64,000 nucleotides of DNA from Candidatus Sumerlaeia bacterium (GTDB lineage Bacteria > Sumerlaeota > Sumerlaeia > SLMS01 > JANRJK01). Below are positions 20,801-32,400 of the stretch, in pieces. How positions within the stretch are numbered: position 1 is the first letter of the stretch; the number at the start of each line of letters is the position of its first letter. Below the pieces are notes generated by a model. It was given only the letters and a program-made list of their open reading frames with translations. It was not told where the DNA came from and did not search any database. The DNA lies in contig JANRJK010000013.1 of assembly GCA_033764015.1 (NCBI GenBank), forward strand, positions 288,001-352,000, in the 5' to 3' direction. Position numbers and translations under genes: made by a program.

Positions 20801-20962
20801 AGCCGAGTTCAGTTCCCATTCGTCCTCCAAGACTTGGACAACGTGGTTATTGGTGAACACCTCGATGTAACGAAGCGGCCCAAACTCCTGCGCTAGACCA
20901 CGCACGATGCCTTTTTGAGCCGGGTCGCTCCGGCGTCGCACTTCATCGCCTGGGTTAAGCAC
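17843..20962 (-). CDS. SNF2/RapA(HepA)-type helicase
   Basis: ADEVGLGKT, IIDEAHH, LTATP, GTEGLDFQ, YDLPWNPMVIEQRIGRLDRIGQ; GGAGG RBS before GTG; lower GC. Confidence 0.93.
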   Translation of the reverse strand: MLNPGDEVRRRSDPAQKGIVRGLAQEFGPLRYIEVFTNNHVVQVLEDEWELNSAQDAVGGWAQFQSRITSERLRPDRPLSNTLYSFGASRTLLMPHQIKPVLKFLESPKHRILIADEVGLGKTIEAGLILTELRARTRLNRVLILCPPSLTGKWQLELRSRFNEHLFEHHESGRLHQWLNKVEEGHVAPLHAISTFHTVRTDSMRERFLEVWPHVDLIIIDEAHHMRNKNTATNQMGRLFRDLCSHLILLTATPVQNGLGDLFSLLNLLDEEEFKDEQTAQARFAANRPIVLAQAKLNPLTPSSQEQVLQYLHSAAGMKWHEANKRLHSLINKLSSSATYIQDHLDEVRQELDHMNLIGHLMSRTKRSSIPSGNAGSSTRNPIPLLCDFSPAEMKLYQAFVRFNGLSASVTPGGKSGSAHHWASLMRQRMASSCLPACIDHIHSLMVAHATKQSVEVEEDSDNPNQDAPPSFHPLQAPPNIFTKLLLDARAELTKAAAEWEAHPHDAKLSRLRELLSGTNDKMLLFSFFRGTLRYLEKRLNDFGITTYLITGELTPEERPTIIQQFRQCEGKAVLLSSSVGTEGLDFQFCGALVNYDLPWNPMVIEQRIGRLDRIGQQHKSISIFNFWVKGTIEEVILRRLYDKLHVFEGSIGALEPILGELLDDAEMQALSMAPEGADPAVQLEGIYENVENLIDQKTDDASLLDTQVDSLFISDTIYDVAVAQAQRNRRFITSGQLIAYLRIYFEESLQDGSSIRQNSQNPRAVTLKVGSSLPERLRLFQEQSGLTVHGITAFLQTGNTVHATLDQQRAFDNPTIPFITALHPLVRLAGKELLQKSSSSDWLQYFQVEMHRDVVAAAHLDVEVGIYYFKVIVLTFGGVRNTSSLVSLFVSREHHELPPDVCEGLLALMVEKGATPSVDITLPSETLQGMKEMATTAIYSRVGTLHSSAKASNDHLRDTRKGSLLAAFERTRAAAIAQIEKRQAKLPLGASDPYIKGIETRIENAQKRLTIQLGELDGAVVTQEFDPNFADGLLLIRS

Positions 20963-21177
20963 GTCAAGCCTCCGATCCGGTGAAAAGACAAAGGCGAGTG
21001 GCGGTGTCGTTGCAAGGGAAATCGCCGGAGGTGGCTCCAGCCTCTCCGACTCGCGGCCCGTGTCGGACGCCCTCGAGGGCGAGGGGTCCTCCCGATTCCC
21101 CGCCCGTTATCGCTTGCCGTTCCGCCCGGCCGGGCGTCTCATTCGCCATCACTCCAGACGAAGCGGAGACCCGTCCG

Positions 21178-21390
21178 ATGCAGATGTTCCTCAAGCTCAC
21201 CGAGGCCGACACCGGCGTTGAGTACTACATCAACGAAAACCACATCATCAAGATCGTGCCGAACAGCGCCGGCGAGGGCAGCCTCATCTACCTCACACCG
21301 ATGACCGCCACCTCCCCCGAGCCCAACATCCTGCTCGTGTCGGAGAATGCGGACGAGATTTTCCGCATGATCAGCCGCATCAACCGCTGA
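21178..21390 (+). CDS. small FlbD-like protein
   Basis: MFLKLT...YYINENHIIKI......LLVSENADEI resembles the FlbD family pattern; GGAG RBS. Confidence 0.55.
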   Translation: MQMFLKLTEADTGVEYYINENHIIKIVPNSAGEGSLIYLTPMTATSPEPNILLVSENADEIFRMISRINR

Positions 21391-21392
21391 CC

Positions 21393-23552
21393 GTGCGCGA
21401 GCGCCTCGCCTCCGCGGCGGGGGCGCTGGCCGCCCGCGCGGGATTCGACACGCGGAACCGCTGGGACCGGGCGGCGCTCGCGGCGCTGCCGGCGGGGGCT
21501 CTTACGCTCGCGGGAGCCTGCGCCGCCTCCGCGTTCGCCACTAGCGGCGGCCACTTCATGCTGCCGCTCGACGACTCCTACATCCACCTCCAGTACGCAC
21601 GCACCCTCGCCGCCGGAGAGCCCTTCAGCTACCTACCCGGCGCACCTCCGAGCGGCGGCGCCTCCAGCCCCCTCTGGGTCGCGCTCCTGACTCCCTTCTT
21701 CCTCGCCAACCTCGCCGGCGTGAAGGGCGCGGCGGCGGCCTGGGCGCTTTGCACCGCCCTCTTCGCGGGGCTCGCGCTCGCGGTGTACCGGCTCGGAACG
21801 CATCTCGCCGACCGCCCCGCCGGATTCGCCGCCGCCGCGCTCCTCCTCCTCAACGGCCACCTCGCGTGGAACTTCACGAACGGGATGGAGACCGTCCTCT
21901 TCGCACTGCTGCTCGTGGTCGTGGCGCTCGGCCTCGTGCGGCAAGACGCCCCGCCCCACGGCTGGACCTACGCCGCACTCGCCGCGCTGCCGCTCGCGCG
22001 CCCCGAGGGCTTCGCGCTCCTCGCCCTGCTCTTCGCCGCGACCTTTCCCAAGCGCGGCTTGCCGCTCTCGCGCCCGCTCCTGCTGTTCGCCCTCGTGCCG
22101 GGGCTCCTTTGGCTGCTCGCGCTCCACCGCCTCACTGGCGAGTGGAAGCCCGCCGGCCTCATCGCCAAGGGACTGCTCGACCGGCCCGATCTCGGCTGGA
22201 CGTCGCGCCTCTGGATCGCCGTCCAAACACCCTTCGCCATCGCCTTCCGCTTCTACCGCAACATCATCCCGCACGACGGGTTCGCGCTCTTCCGCGGTAC
22301 TGGCTACATGCCGTACATGCCGATGGGCCTGGGCGCGCTCGCGCTCTTCGGTGGCGCGTTCGCTTGGCTCCGCGGACGCCATGTCGGCACGTTCGCCTTG
22401 CTGCTCCTGTGGCTCGGCGGCATCGCCGCCATGACCGCCTCCGCGATTCCCTTCGTCCACAACCAGCGCTACCTCGCGCCGTGGACCGTCCTTGCCACGG
22501 TCCTCGCGGTCGCCGGTGCGCGCGCCCTCGCCGCCGACGCCCCGCGCCATCGCGACGCGCTGTTCGCCTCCGCCGTCGCGCTCCTCGGCGCCACGTCGCT
22601 CCCCTCGGTTCCCTACTGGATTATCGAGTGGGGGAGGAACGGCTCCGACATCTTCCACCAGCACCGCGTCATGAGCTTCACCCTCGAGTCGCTCCCACCC
22701 GGCGAGCGTATCGCCGTCACCGACACCGGTGTGCTGGTGTATTACTCGCAGGCATCCGCCGACGACCTCGTGGGCCTCACCACCGCGCGCTTCGCCCGGC
22801 CCTTCCTGCACGGCGAGGCGTCCGTGCTCGAGGAACTCGCCCGCACACCCGCGGACCAGCGCCCCCGCACACTGTACACCTACCGCGAGTGGTTCGGCCC
22901 GCGCTTCCCGCTCGACGCTCCCGAGTCCGGCGCAGCGCTTCCCTCGACCAGCGTCACCGCGGGTCTCTTCCTCGCCCGCTACCCGATCCGCTGGGACCTC
23001 GTGGACCTAGGCAACGCGCTTCCGCTCGCTCCCGGCTCGCGGCCCCTCGCCCACATCGACGTGGCGGACCTGCGCTCCGAACGCGCCGCCCGCTACGAGT
23101 GGCGAATCGACCGCAAGGACGAGCGCCCCGACGTCTGGCCGCGCCCCGTCTCTCCCCTCGCACCCACTCGCAACGGCGGCGTCGAAGGGGGCCGCTTCGT
23201 GCGCGAGGAAGCGTTCGACCTCGATCTCCGCGAGGCGGGCTCGCTCGACGGTCGCGGGATGCTCCTTCGCGTTCGCCGCACCGCCCCCGATGCGCCGCTG
23301 CCCGCCACCGCCGCGCGCCTCGCCGTCTCCTTCCAGTCCCTCGACAACGGCGTCCCCCCGGAGGCCACCGGAGCGATCGCCGTCGTCGAGCTGCCGCTTT
23401 CCGGCGACCAGATCGACGAGGTGCTCCTGCCGCTCGGCGAGATGATCGACCTCGCGGGGGGCCGCCGTTGGCGCGTGCGCGTCCGCGACGCCGGGCCGCA
23501 CGGCGAGGCATGGTTCAGCTTCGGCTACGCGGTCGCGGCCCCGGCGCCGTAA
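21393..23552 (+). CDS. polytopic membrane protein, GT-C glycosyltransferase-like
   Basis: DDSYIHLQYARTL, SSPLW, GMET, RPEG, DLVGL motifs and many TM segments. Confidence 0.75.
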   Translation: MRERLASAAGALAARAGFDTRNRWDRAALAALPAGALTLAGACAASAFATSGGHFMLPLDDSYIHLQYARTLAAGEPFSYLPGAPPSGGASSPLWVALLTPFFLANLAGVKGAAAAWALCTALFAGLALAVYRLGTHLADRPAGFAAAALLLLNGHLAWNFTNGMETVLFALLLVVVALGLVRQDAPPHGWTYAALAALPLARPEGFALLALLFAATFPKRGLPLSRPLLLFALVPGLLWLLALHRLTGEWKPAGLIAKGLLDRPDLGWTSRLWIAVQTPFAIAFRFYRNIIPHDGFALFRGTGYMPYMPMGLGALALFGGAFAWLRGRHVGTFALLLLWLGGIAAMTASAIPFVHNQRYLAPWTVLATVLAVAGARALAADAPRHRDALFASAVALLGATSLPSVPYWIIEWGRNGSDIFHQHRVMSFTLESLPPGERIAVTDTGVLVYYSQASADDLVGLTTARFARPFLHGEASVLEELARTPADQRPRTLYTYREWFGPRFPLDAPESGAALPSTSVTAGLFLARYPIRWDLVDLGNALPLAPGSRPLAHIDVADLRSERAARYEWRIDRKDERPDVWPRPVSPLAPTRNGGVEGGRFVREEAFDLDLREAGSLDGRGMLLRVRRTAPDAPLPATAARLAVSFQSLDNGVPPEATGAIAVVELPLSGDQIDEVLLPLGEMIDLAGGRRWRVRVRDAGPHGEAWFSFGYAVAAPAP

Positions 23553-23609
23553 CAGCATCGCGCTTTCCCGTTGCGGTTCCGCGCGGAAGCGCTTCGCCTT
23601 TCCCTCGCT

Positions 23610-24947
23610 ATGGATCTCGCCGCCCGGCTCCTCGACCTCTCGCTGCGCAAGCGCGCCGCCCACGAGTTGCTCGACCGCGCCCGCGCGGGGGCGCTCCCCG
23701 GCGTCGCGACCGGCGACGCGCTCGCCGAGCCCGCCCCCAAGCCCGAGCCCGCCGCCGTCGAGCGCCGCCCCCCCGAAGGCTTCACTGAGGAGCGCGGAAT
23801 CCACATGCGCCGCCTCGTGCTCGCAGCGGGGGAGTGGCCCCAGTGGGGAGGCGCCGCGCCCTCCGGCTTGCCGTTCGATGCGGACGGCGCTGCGCTGCTC
23901 TTCCCCGGTGAGGCGCCCCCCGATCCGGAAGCGATCGCCTTCATCGACGTCGAAACCTCCGGGGTTTCCGGCGGAGCGGGCACCGTGGTCTTCCTCGCCG
24001 GAGTCGGGCGCTGGGTGCGCCGCGGCGCCGAGTGGACCTTCGAGCTCTCGCAGTACCTCGCGCCCGATTTTCCCGACGAGGCGGAAGTGGTGCGCCACGT
24101 CCTCGCGGACCTCGAAGGCGCCGCGGCGGTCTGCCACTACAACGGCAAGTGCTTCGACGTCCCCGTGCTGCGCTCACGCGCCGTCATGCACCGGCTTCCG
24201 CCCCGCGCGCTGCGCCTGCGCCAGCTCGACCTGCTCCACCCCAGCCGCCGCCTCTGGCGCGCTGGACTCGGCTCGGCGACGCTGAAGCGCGTCGAGCACG
24301 GCGTCCTTGGCCACGACCGCGGCCCCGACATCGACGGCGCGCTGATCCCGGAGGTGTTCTTCACCGCGGCGCGCGAGGGGACGCACCCGCGCCTCGGCGC
24401 CGTGCTCCGGCACAACGCGCAGGACATAGCAACGCTCGCGCTGCTGCTCGGCCACGCGACGCGCCTCGCCGCCCGTCCATTCCACGCCGAGGCGCTCGGC
24501 TGCGAATGGGAGCCGCTCGCCAAGCTCCACGAGCGCCGCGGCGACCGCGCGCTCGCGCGCCGCCTCTGGGGCGAGGCCATCGCCCGTGCCGCCAGCTCCG
24601 CCGAGGAAGCCCGCCTCCGCCTCCGCTACGCCGCGCTCCTGAGCCGCGAGCGCGACACGGACGCCGCCCTCCTGCAGTGGGACACCGCGCGGCGCCTCCC
24701 GCTCCCGGTCTCGATCCCCGCGTGGATCGCCCTTGCGAAACACCACGAGCACGCCGCGCGCAACCACGCCGAGGCGCTCCGCTTGATTCGCGGACTTCTC
24801 CGCGCGGTCGAAGCGGAGCGCGACCTCGCCGCGATGCTCGGACGCCCCGACCCCTTGCTCGAACTGGTCTGGGAGCGCGAGTCGCCCTCCTGGGAGCGCC
24901 GCCTGAGCCGCCTCGAGCGCAAGGCCGCCCCCAAGCCCCGGCAATAG
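23610..24947 (+). CDS. RNase H-like (YprB-type DEDD) exonuclease with C-terminal TPR-like helices
   Basis: FIDVETSG, YNGKCFD, DLLHPSRRLW, DIDGALIP, HNAQD, LAKHHEH. Confidence 0.85.
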   Translation: MDLAARLLDLSLRKRAAHELLDRARAGALPGVATGDALAEPAPKPEPAAVERRPPEGFTEERGIHMRRLVLAAGEWPQWGGAAPSGLPFDADGAALLFPGEAPPDPEAIAFIDVETSGVSGGAGTVVFLAGVGRWVRRGAEWTFELSQYLAPDFPDEAEVVRHVLADLEGAAAVCHYNGKCFDVPVLRSRAVMHRLPPRALRLRQLDLLHPSRRLWRAGLGSATLKRVEHGVLGHDRGPDIDGALIPEVFFTAAREGTHPRLGAVLRHNAQDIATLALLLGHATRLAARPFHAEALGCEWEPLAKLHERRGDRALARRLWGEAIARAASSAEEARLRLRYAALLSRERDTDAALLQWDTARRLPLPVSIPAWIALAKHHEHAARNHAEALRLIRGLLRAVEAERDLAAMLGRPDPLLELVWERESPSWERRLSRLERKAAPKPRQ

Positions 24948-24949
24948 CA

Positions 24950-24985
24950 GAGCCCCCGCCGGGCGCTGGGCTGCGGCGGGGGCTC
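24950..24985. terminator. hairpin between convergent genes
   Basis: gagcccccgccg...cggcgggggctc inverted repeat. Confidence 0.6.
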
Positions 24986-25009
24986 GTTACCGCGAATGGC
25001 GGATCGGAG

Positions 25010-26296
<1,287 letters not shown>

Positions 26297-26430
26297 TTAG
26301 AACACCCCAGTCGGAGGGGGCGGATCCTCGGAGCCAAGCCGTCACGACTCGTCTTGACTTCGGAGGTTCAGGTGCCGACGTTTCGGCTCTTCACCGCAAT
26401 CACCCCTACCTATCTGTGAGGTAATCCCTG

Positions 26431-29400
26431 ATGCCCTCCACAAAGAGGCGCCTGCGCCCGGTTACGGCAACCCTTAGGTCAAAGCTCGCCGCCGCAGCCC
26501 TTCTCGCGTTGCCCTTGGTGTCCAGCGCTCAAGTCAACGTGACGTTCTTCGACGTGGACTCCCCGGATGCCACCGCCTTCGGATTGGGGATCATCGAGAC
26601 CTCCGACGACGCCGTCTTCAGGATCGAGTTTTCAGCACCCGTCGCCGGTGTGACGCCTGACGACTTCGCCGTTTTCGATAGCAGCTTCACTCAAGTCATG
26701 GCGGGCGGGCCCCAAGTGACGGCGGTGTCGGGCGGGCCATCGATCTACACCCTCACCCTCAACCGAAACGGGAATTCTGGGCTCTTCCGCGTGGGCCTTC
26801 CGACCGTCGGCGACATCGTCCCGACCGGTGGCGGCACGGTCAATCCGCCGGGCCTTTTCCCGAGCGCCACCTTCACGGCTGGTCGTCCGTACCTCGTCGA
26901 TTGGCTCGAGATCAACCCGGACACGGGCCTGCCGTTCGTCCCGCCCGACTTTCCCGATTGGGGCAACTTCGCGTATTTCCGCCTCGTCTTCTCCGAGCCT
27001 GTTTCGGGCTTCGACTCAGCGGACATCGGCTTCGCACAGTGGCTCGGACCTCCTCCCAACCCGGACGTCACCGTCACGGACGGACCGACGACTTACGACG
27101 TCGTCTTCGATGCCGAGGGAAAGACGGGTTTCGCGGTCCCGGTGATCACTCCCGCCGCGACAATCACAGCGGTCGGCAGCGGCGAACCACTGCTCAACGA
27201 CCCATCCTTCGGCATCGGAGGATTGCAGTTCGAGCTCTCGGGCGGCCCGCCGACGGCTTCGCTCGGACTCATCCTCAGCCCCCGCAACACCATGCCGGAC
27301 CCGATCTTCTTCTCGTACGACGAACCCGTGGTGAACGTGAGCCCGAGCCTCCTGACGGTGGAGCGTTCGGACGGCATGGGCGGCTGGATCAATGTGCCGT
27401 TCACAGGCACCCTGAACACCATCACGGCCAGTGCCTACTCCGTGGACATGACATACACCGGCGGCACCCCCGATGGCGAGTGCCGCGTCACCCTCGCGGT
27501 TGGCACCGTCGAGGACGTGGACAACAACCCGCCCGCGGCCGGGGACACGGAGATGTTCACGCTCGACGCGACGCCGCCGCAGCTCGCATCCGCCACGACC
27601 ACGACGCCGGGGCCGGTGTCTCCCGGGAACTTCGAGTACACCTTCACATTCACCGAACCCGTGACAGACTTCGGACCCTTCGACGTCGGGAAGACTCTCA
27701 CCGGTTCGGCCATGGCGACGGTGGATCCCGGCTCGTTCGTCCCGGTCCCGGGCCAGCCGAACCAGGCCCGCTTCACAGTCGCCCTCGCAGGCAGTGGCAC
27801 AGTATCCTTAGGCTGCATCCCCGGCGGAGTCTTTGACGCGGCCGGTAACGCCAGCGCCGCGGGCGCGTTCAGCACGCCGCTCACCGTCGATGCCGCTCCG
27901 CCGAGCCTGACCACCTTCACCTCGAGCGTGCCCAATCCCTCGCCGGCGACCTCCCAGGTTGTGTTCACGCTCGCGTGGAACGAGGTGGTGACCGGCTTCG
28001 CAGGGGGCGACATCCAGGTCGTCGCGTCGGACCTGACGTACACATCGGCCGTGCTCACGGACACCGCGGGAGGCGTGCTGGGACGCGACTACACGTTCAC
28101 CGTCTCCGGCATCTCCGCGGGCAACGCGGGCCAGCTCACACTCACGATCCCGGCGGATGCGGTGACGGACGCGGCGGCGCAGGGCAACGCGCAGCGGGTG
28201 CAGGTCCAGCGCGTGGACGGCACGCCGCCCACGGGCACCATCACCTCGTCCGAGCCCTCGCCGACGTTCGACAACCTGATCGAGTGGAACATCGCCTTCA
28301 GCGAGCCCGTGGAGCTCGAGATCTTCGCCGGCGGCGGCGCATCCTTGGAGGTGACGCTCGACCTTACGGGCACCGCCACGAACAGCCTCGTCTCGCAAGT
28401 GCACCAGAACCCTGCCACGCCGGACTTCCGCAACTACCGGTTCACGGCGATCGGCGTCGCGGGCGACGGCACGCTCCGCCCGCGCGTCGCGGCGGGCGCC
28501 ATCGAGGACGCGGTTGGAAACGTGAGCACGGTGGCCATCCTCGGCACCGAGATCCAGCACCTCTCGAACCTCGTGGTTGGCAACGTGGCGGTGGGAACGG
28601 CCGGCACGACCGTCACCATTGTGGGCCCGGGCGACTACGACATCAGCGCCGGCGCGAACGTCGGCGGGCTCATCTGCGGCTCGCCGATCCAGATCCGCGG
28701 CACCACGATCACCGGCAACGGCGCGCTCACGCTGCCGATCGATTTCCAGCCGGACGTGACGATCTACTCGGGCGCCTTCACGGTGAACGGGACGACCGAG
28801 ACTGTGACGTTCCCCGCGCCGCAGGCGAGCGCCTTCACCTGGAACACGGTTCCCATCGGCGTGTGCTCCATCAGCCTCGACGGCGGCGTGTCGCTGGACG
28901 GCTGGTTCGACGTCGCGGACTTCGCCGGCAACAGCTTCCGGGGAATGCGCATGACCGACTTCCCGGGCTTGTTCCGTCCCCAGCTCGATACCTTCCACCT
29001 GGGCAACGCCTCGTGCAGCCCTTCGCAGTCGGGGATGTACTTCGCCACAATCGTCCCCGTGGTCGGCTCGCCCTCGTACCTCCAGATCACGCCCGAGTTC
29101 CTTCCCGCATCCCGCAACCCGGTGCTCGAGCTCACGGCGACGGAGCTGAACGCGGAGGGCTATTTCCAGCAGGGCGCGGGCGGCCACGCCTTCTACTACA
29201 ACGACGTGACGACGACCGCCGCGGGCTTCGAGTTCGCGAGCTTCTACGAGCCCGAGCCGGGCGTCTACGTCGCGCTCGACGAGTTGAACTACAACAACAC
29301 CGGCGGATTCGAGATCGGGAGCTCCGGCACGATCACGAACGCGGCCGGGAACCTCGACGCGACCTTCCTGTTCAATCCGCCCTACGTCACGGATCAGCCG

Positions 29401-32400
29401 CTGCAGGAGCTGGTGGTCCACACGACCACCGCATTCGGCGACGTGCCCCTGGAGGGCCTCCGGCTCGTCAGCTCGGGCGGAGGCGCGTACCTCTTTTTCG
29501 ACGCCGTGGCGAGCAAGGTAACCCTAGCCGGCATCCCATTCACCGTTGATGGCGCTCCGGAGTTCAACGACACAGACGGCTACTCCGCCGGCACGATCAC
29601 GCTCGTGGACCTCAACGCGATCACGTTCTCCTACGACTCGCTGGTTGTGAACACCGCGACCGTCACGCTCGGCGGCGGCGGGCTTTCGCTGCTCGGCCTC
29701 GCCTTCGAGGTGAGCGTCACCACGGCGGACACGGGGGGACTCGAAATCACCGGCGGCTTCGAACTTCCGTCGAACCTCGGGTCACTTAGCAACATCTCCC
29801 TCGCCGCCAGCTTCAGCATCGAGGAGGGGGGCGGTTTCCCCCGCATCAACCTCACCGGCGTCCAGTTCTGCACGCCCGGCTCCGATGTCATCAAGATCAA
29901 GAACTCGAACTGGAACCTGCCTCAGCTTTGCTTCGAGTACTCGCAAACGCCGCCGGAAATCTCGGCGGATGTCACCGTCGGTGTCCCCGAGGTTTTCGAC
30001 GTCGCCGCCGGAGGCAGCGTCCGCGACGGGAAGGTGGACCGGATCAGCGTAGGGCTCGACGGCCTCAACAAGCCGATCGGCGCGACCGGCGCCTTCCTCC
30101 AGTCGATCAATGCGGAGGCGCGCAACCTCTCTCGCACAGAAAACGAGTGGACGGAGACCTACTACGTCTTCAACCCGGGAATGGCCCCGACCGAGGTCAC
30201 CCGGACACTCAGCGGAATCCCCCCGGTCCGCGTGACCGGCACCGTGGGCGCCACCGCGGGGCCGGAAATCGGCCCGTTCTCGCTCATGGAGGCGGAGGTC
30301 ACGACCTTCATTGACGAGACGCAGGTCCGCATGGACGGCACGATGACCATGGTCATCGTCGACGTCGGCGGCGGCTACCTCCATGTCCGCTGGTCGGGGC
30401 CCGGTTCGGGCGTCGCGTTCGGCGGATACATGACCTACCTGCTCGTGATCCGCGGCGACATCAACGCGGCCTTGGACTTCCTCGGAAACTTCGCGGGATG
30501 CGCCGCGATCACGATCCAGATCCCCGACGGACTCCCCTTCGAGGGCGAGCAATTCGGCGGCGTCTCCGTCTGCGTCACAGCTCCGCCCTTCATCATCCGT
30601 GGATGCGTCTCGATCCTCGAGGCGCAGCTCTGCATGTCGATCTCGGAGGACGGGAACGTTTCCTTCGGCCGCGCCCGCGACCGCGGCCGGTACCTCGAGT
30701 CCTGGGACACCCCGTACTATCAGCCAACAGCGTTGACCAGGGGCGTATCGAGGAACGGACAGGAAGAGACTCTCTACTTCACGATGTTCACGAACTACCA
30801 GCTCGCGAGGAAGGCCTACGACTACGAGGTCGCCAAGGCCCCAACCGCGCAGCGCGGCGGAACGGCGGTGCAAATCCCCGTCGCCGCCGGACCCGGCCGC
30901 ATCATCCGGCTCACCTACGAGAACGACGGCGCAGACCCGTCCTTCCTCCTCATCGCTCCGGACATGACGACCTACACCCCCGCCATGACGCTGGGGACCA
31001 TCGATCCCGATACCGCGGGCGCGGTCTTCTTCCGCGGCGACTCCCGCCGCGAAGCCGGGTACATCCTCCGCGACGCGCAGGATGGCCAGTACACGCTCAA
31101 CATCCTCAACGCCGCAGCCCTCGGCGCCTACTCGGTCGAGGTCCTCGTGCCCGACTCGGAACCCTTCATCGAAATCACCGACGTCGCCGTCGCCGGCAGC
31201 ACACTCAACTTCGAGTGGGACGACCAGGACCCGGACTCCGACGCGACGATCTCGCTCGGCCTCGATTCGGACCGGGTCGCCGCGAATGGGACCCAGTTGC
31301 TGACCGGAATCAGCGAGGACGATCCCGCCAACATGGCCTCCTTCGACCTCGCGGCCCAGCCGATCCAGCCCGGATTCTACTGGCCCTACGCCATCATCCA
31401 GGATTCCGCCAGCGGTCCCGTCGTTTCCTACGCGACCAACCCGATCTTTGTTCCCGACGTGGACGCCTCGGCGCCCATCGAGGACTTCCAGGTCGGAGGC
31501 TCGGACGGCAACGCCTCGATCACTTTCACCCCGGTGGACGATCCCGAGATCGTCTCCTACAAGCTCTCCTGGACCGACGACCAGGGAGACTGGAACCTCA
31601 TCAACTCCACCGCCATTCCCGCCGGCGAGTCGGCCCTGTACCTCCCCGGTTTCGAAGTCAACCAGCCGTACAAGTTCGTCCTCGCCGCCGTAAGCCTTGT
31701 CGACTCGTCGACGATGCGCCGGGCGGAGCGCTTCCGCGCGTTTGAACTCGCCTTGGCCCAGGCCTCCAAGACCGGCGGTTTCGATGAGCAGGTCGAGTGG
31801 GCGCGCGGTGCGCTCTCCGGCTTCGAAGGGCAGCTCGAGCCGAAGGTCTCCCGGTCGATCGCCCTGCAGGCGGCCGAAACCGCCCGCGCCAACGCCAAGT
31901 GGAACCCGTCCCGCCGCAGCCCGAAGTTCCGCTCGTTCATCGAGAAGAGCGCCACCGTCGCGCGGAACACGGAACGCCGCGGCGGCACCACCCGCCGCTA
32001 CGTCGACAGCTACTTCGCCGTCGCCGACAACGTGGTGTTCCGGCGCGCGCCCGGCACCAACAACGCTCCCCAGTTCACTTCGACTCCCCCCGCCTGGGTT
32101 CAGCGCGGATCCGTCTACGAGCACCAGCTCGTCGCGGTCGATCCCGACGGTGACTCGTTCTCGTTCGCACTCGATGCAGGGCCGCTTGGCCTGACCGTGT
32201 CGACTTCCGGCGCCGTGACCTGGAACACGGCTGCGCAAGCCCTCGGCGATGTGCAGGTCCGCGCCCGCGCCACCGACTCGCTCGGTGCCTCCGCCACCCT
32301 CGAGTGGACCATCGGCGTGGTCACCCTCGTGGAACCCCCGCCCTTCTCCTTCGCGTCCTTCCCCGAGACGAACGCCGCCATCGGGGAGACGTGGACCTAT

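Larger units (their letters stand above)
16437..20965. other. compositionally atypical (lower-GC) island of two genes
   Basis: Abrupt change to much more A/T-rich sequence (by eye about 50-55% versus about 70% GC in flanks), adjacent to tRNA-Ser; no integrase or att repeat seen. Confidence 0.8.

Noticed and set aside
16229..20965. Classical tRNA-integrated element or prophage
   Set aside because: The island lies on the 5' side of the tRNA. No integrase, duplicated tRNA 3' end or phage genes were seen.
21178..21390. Flagellar locus
   Set aside because: Only weak FlbD-like resemblance and no other flagellar genes nearby.
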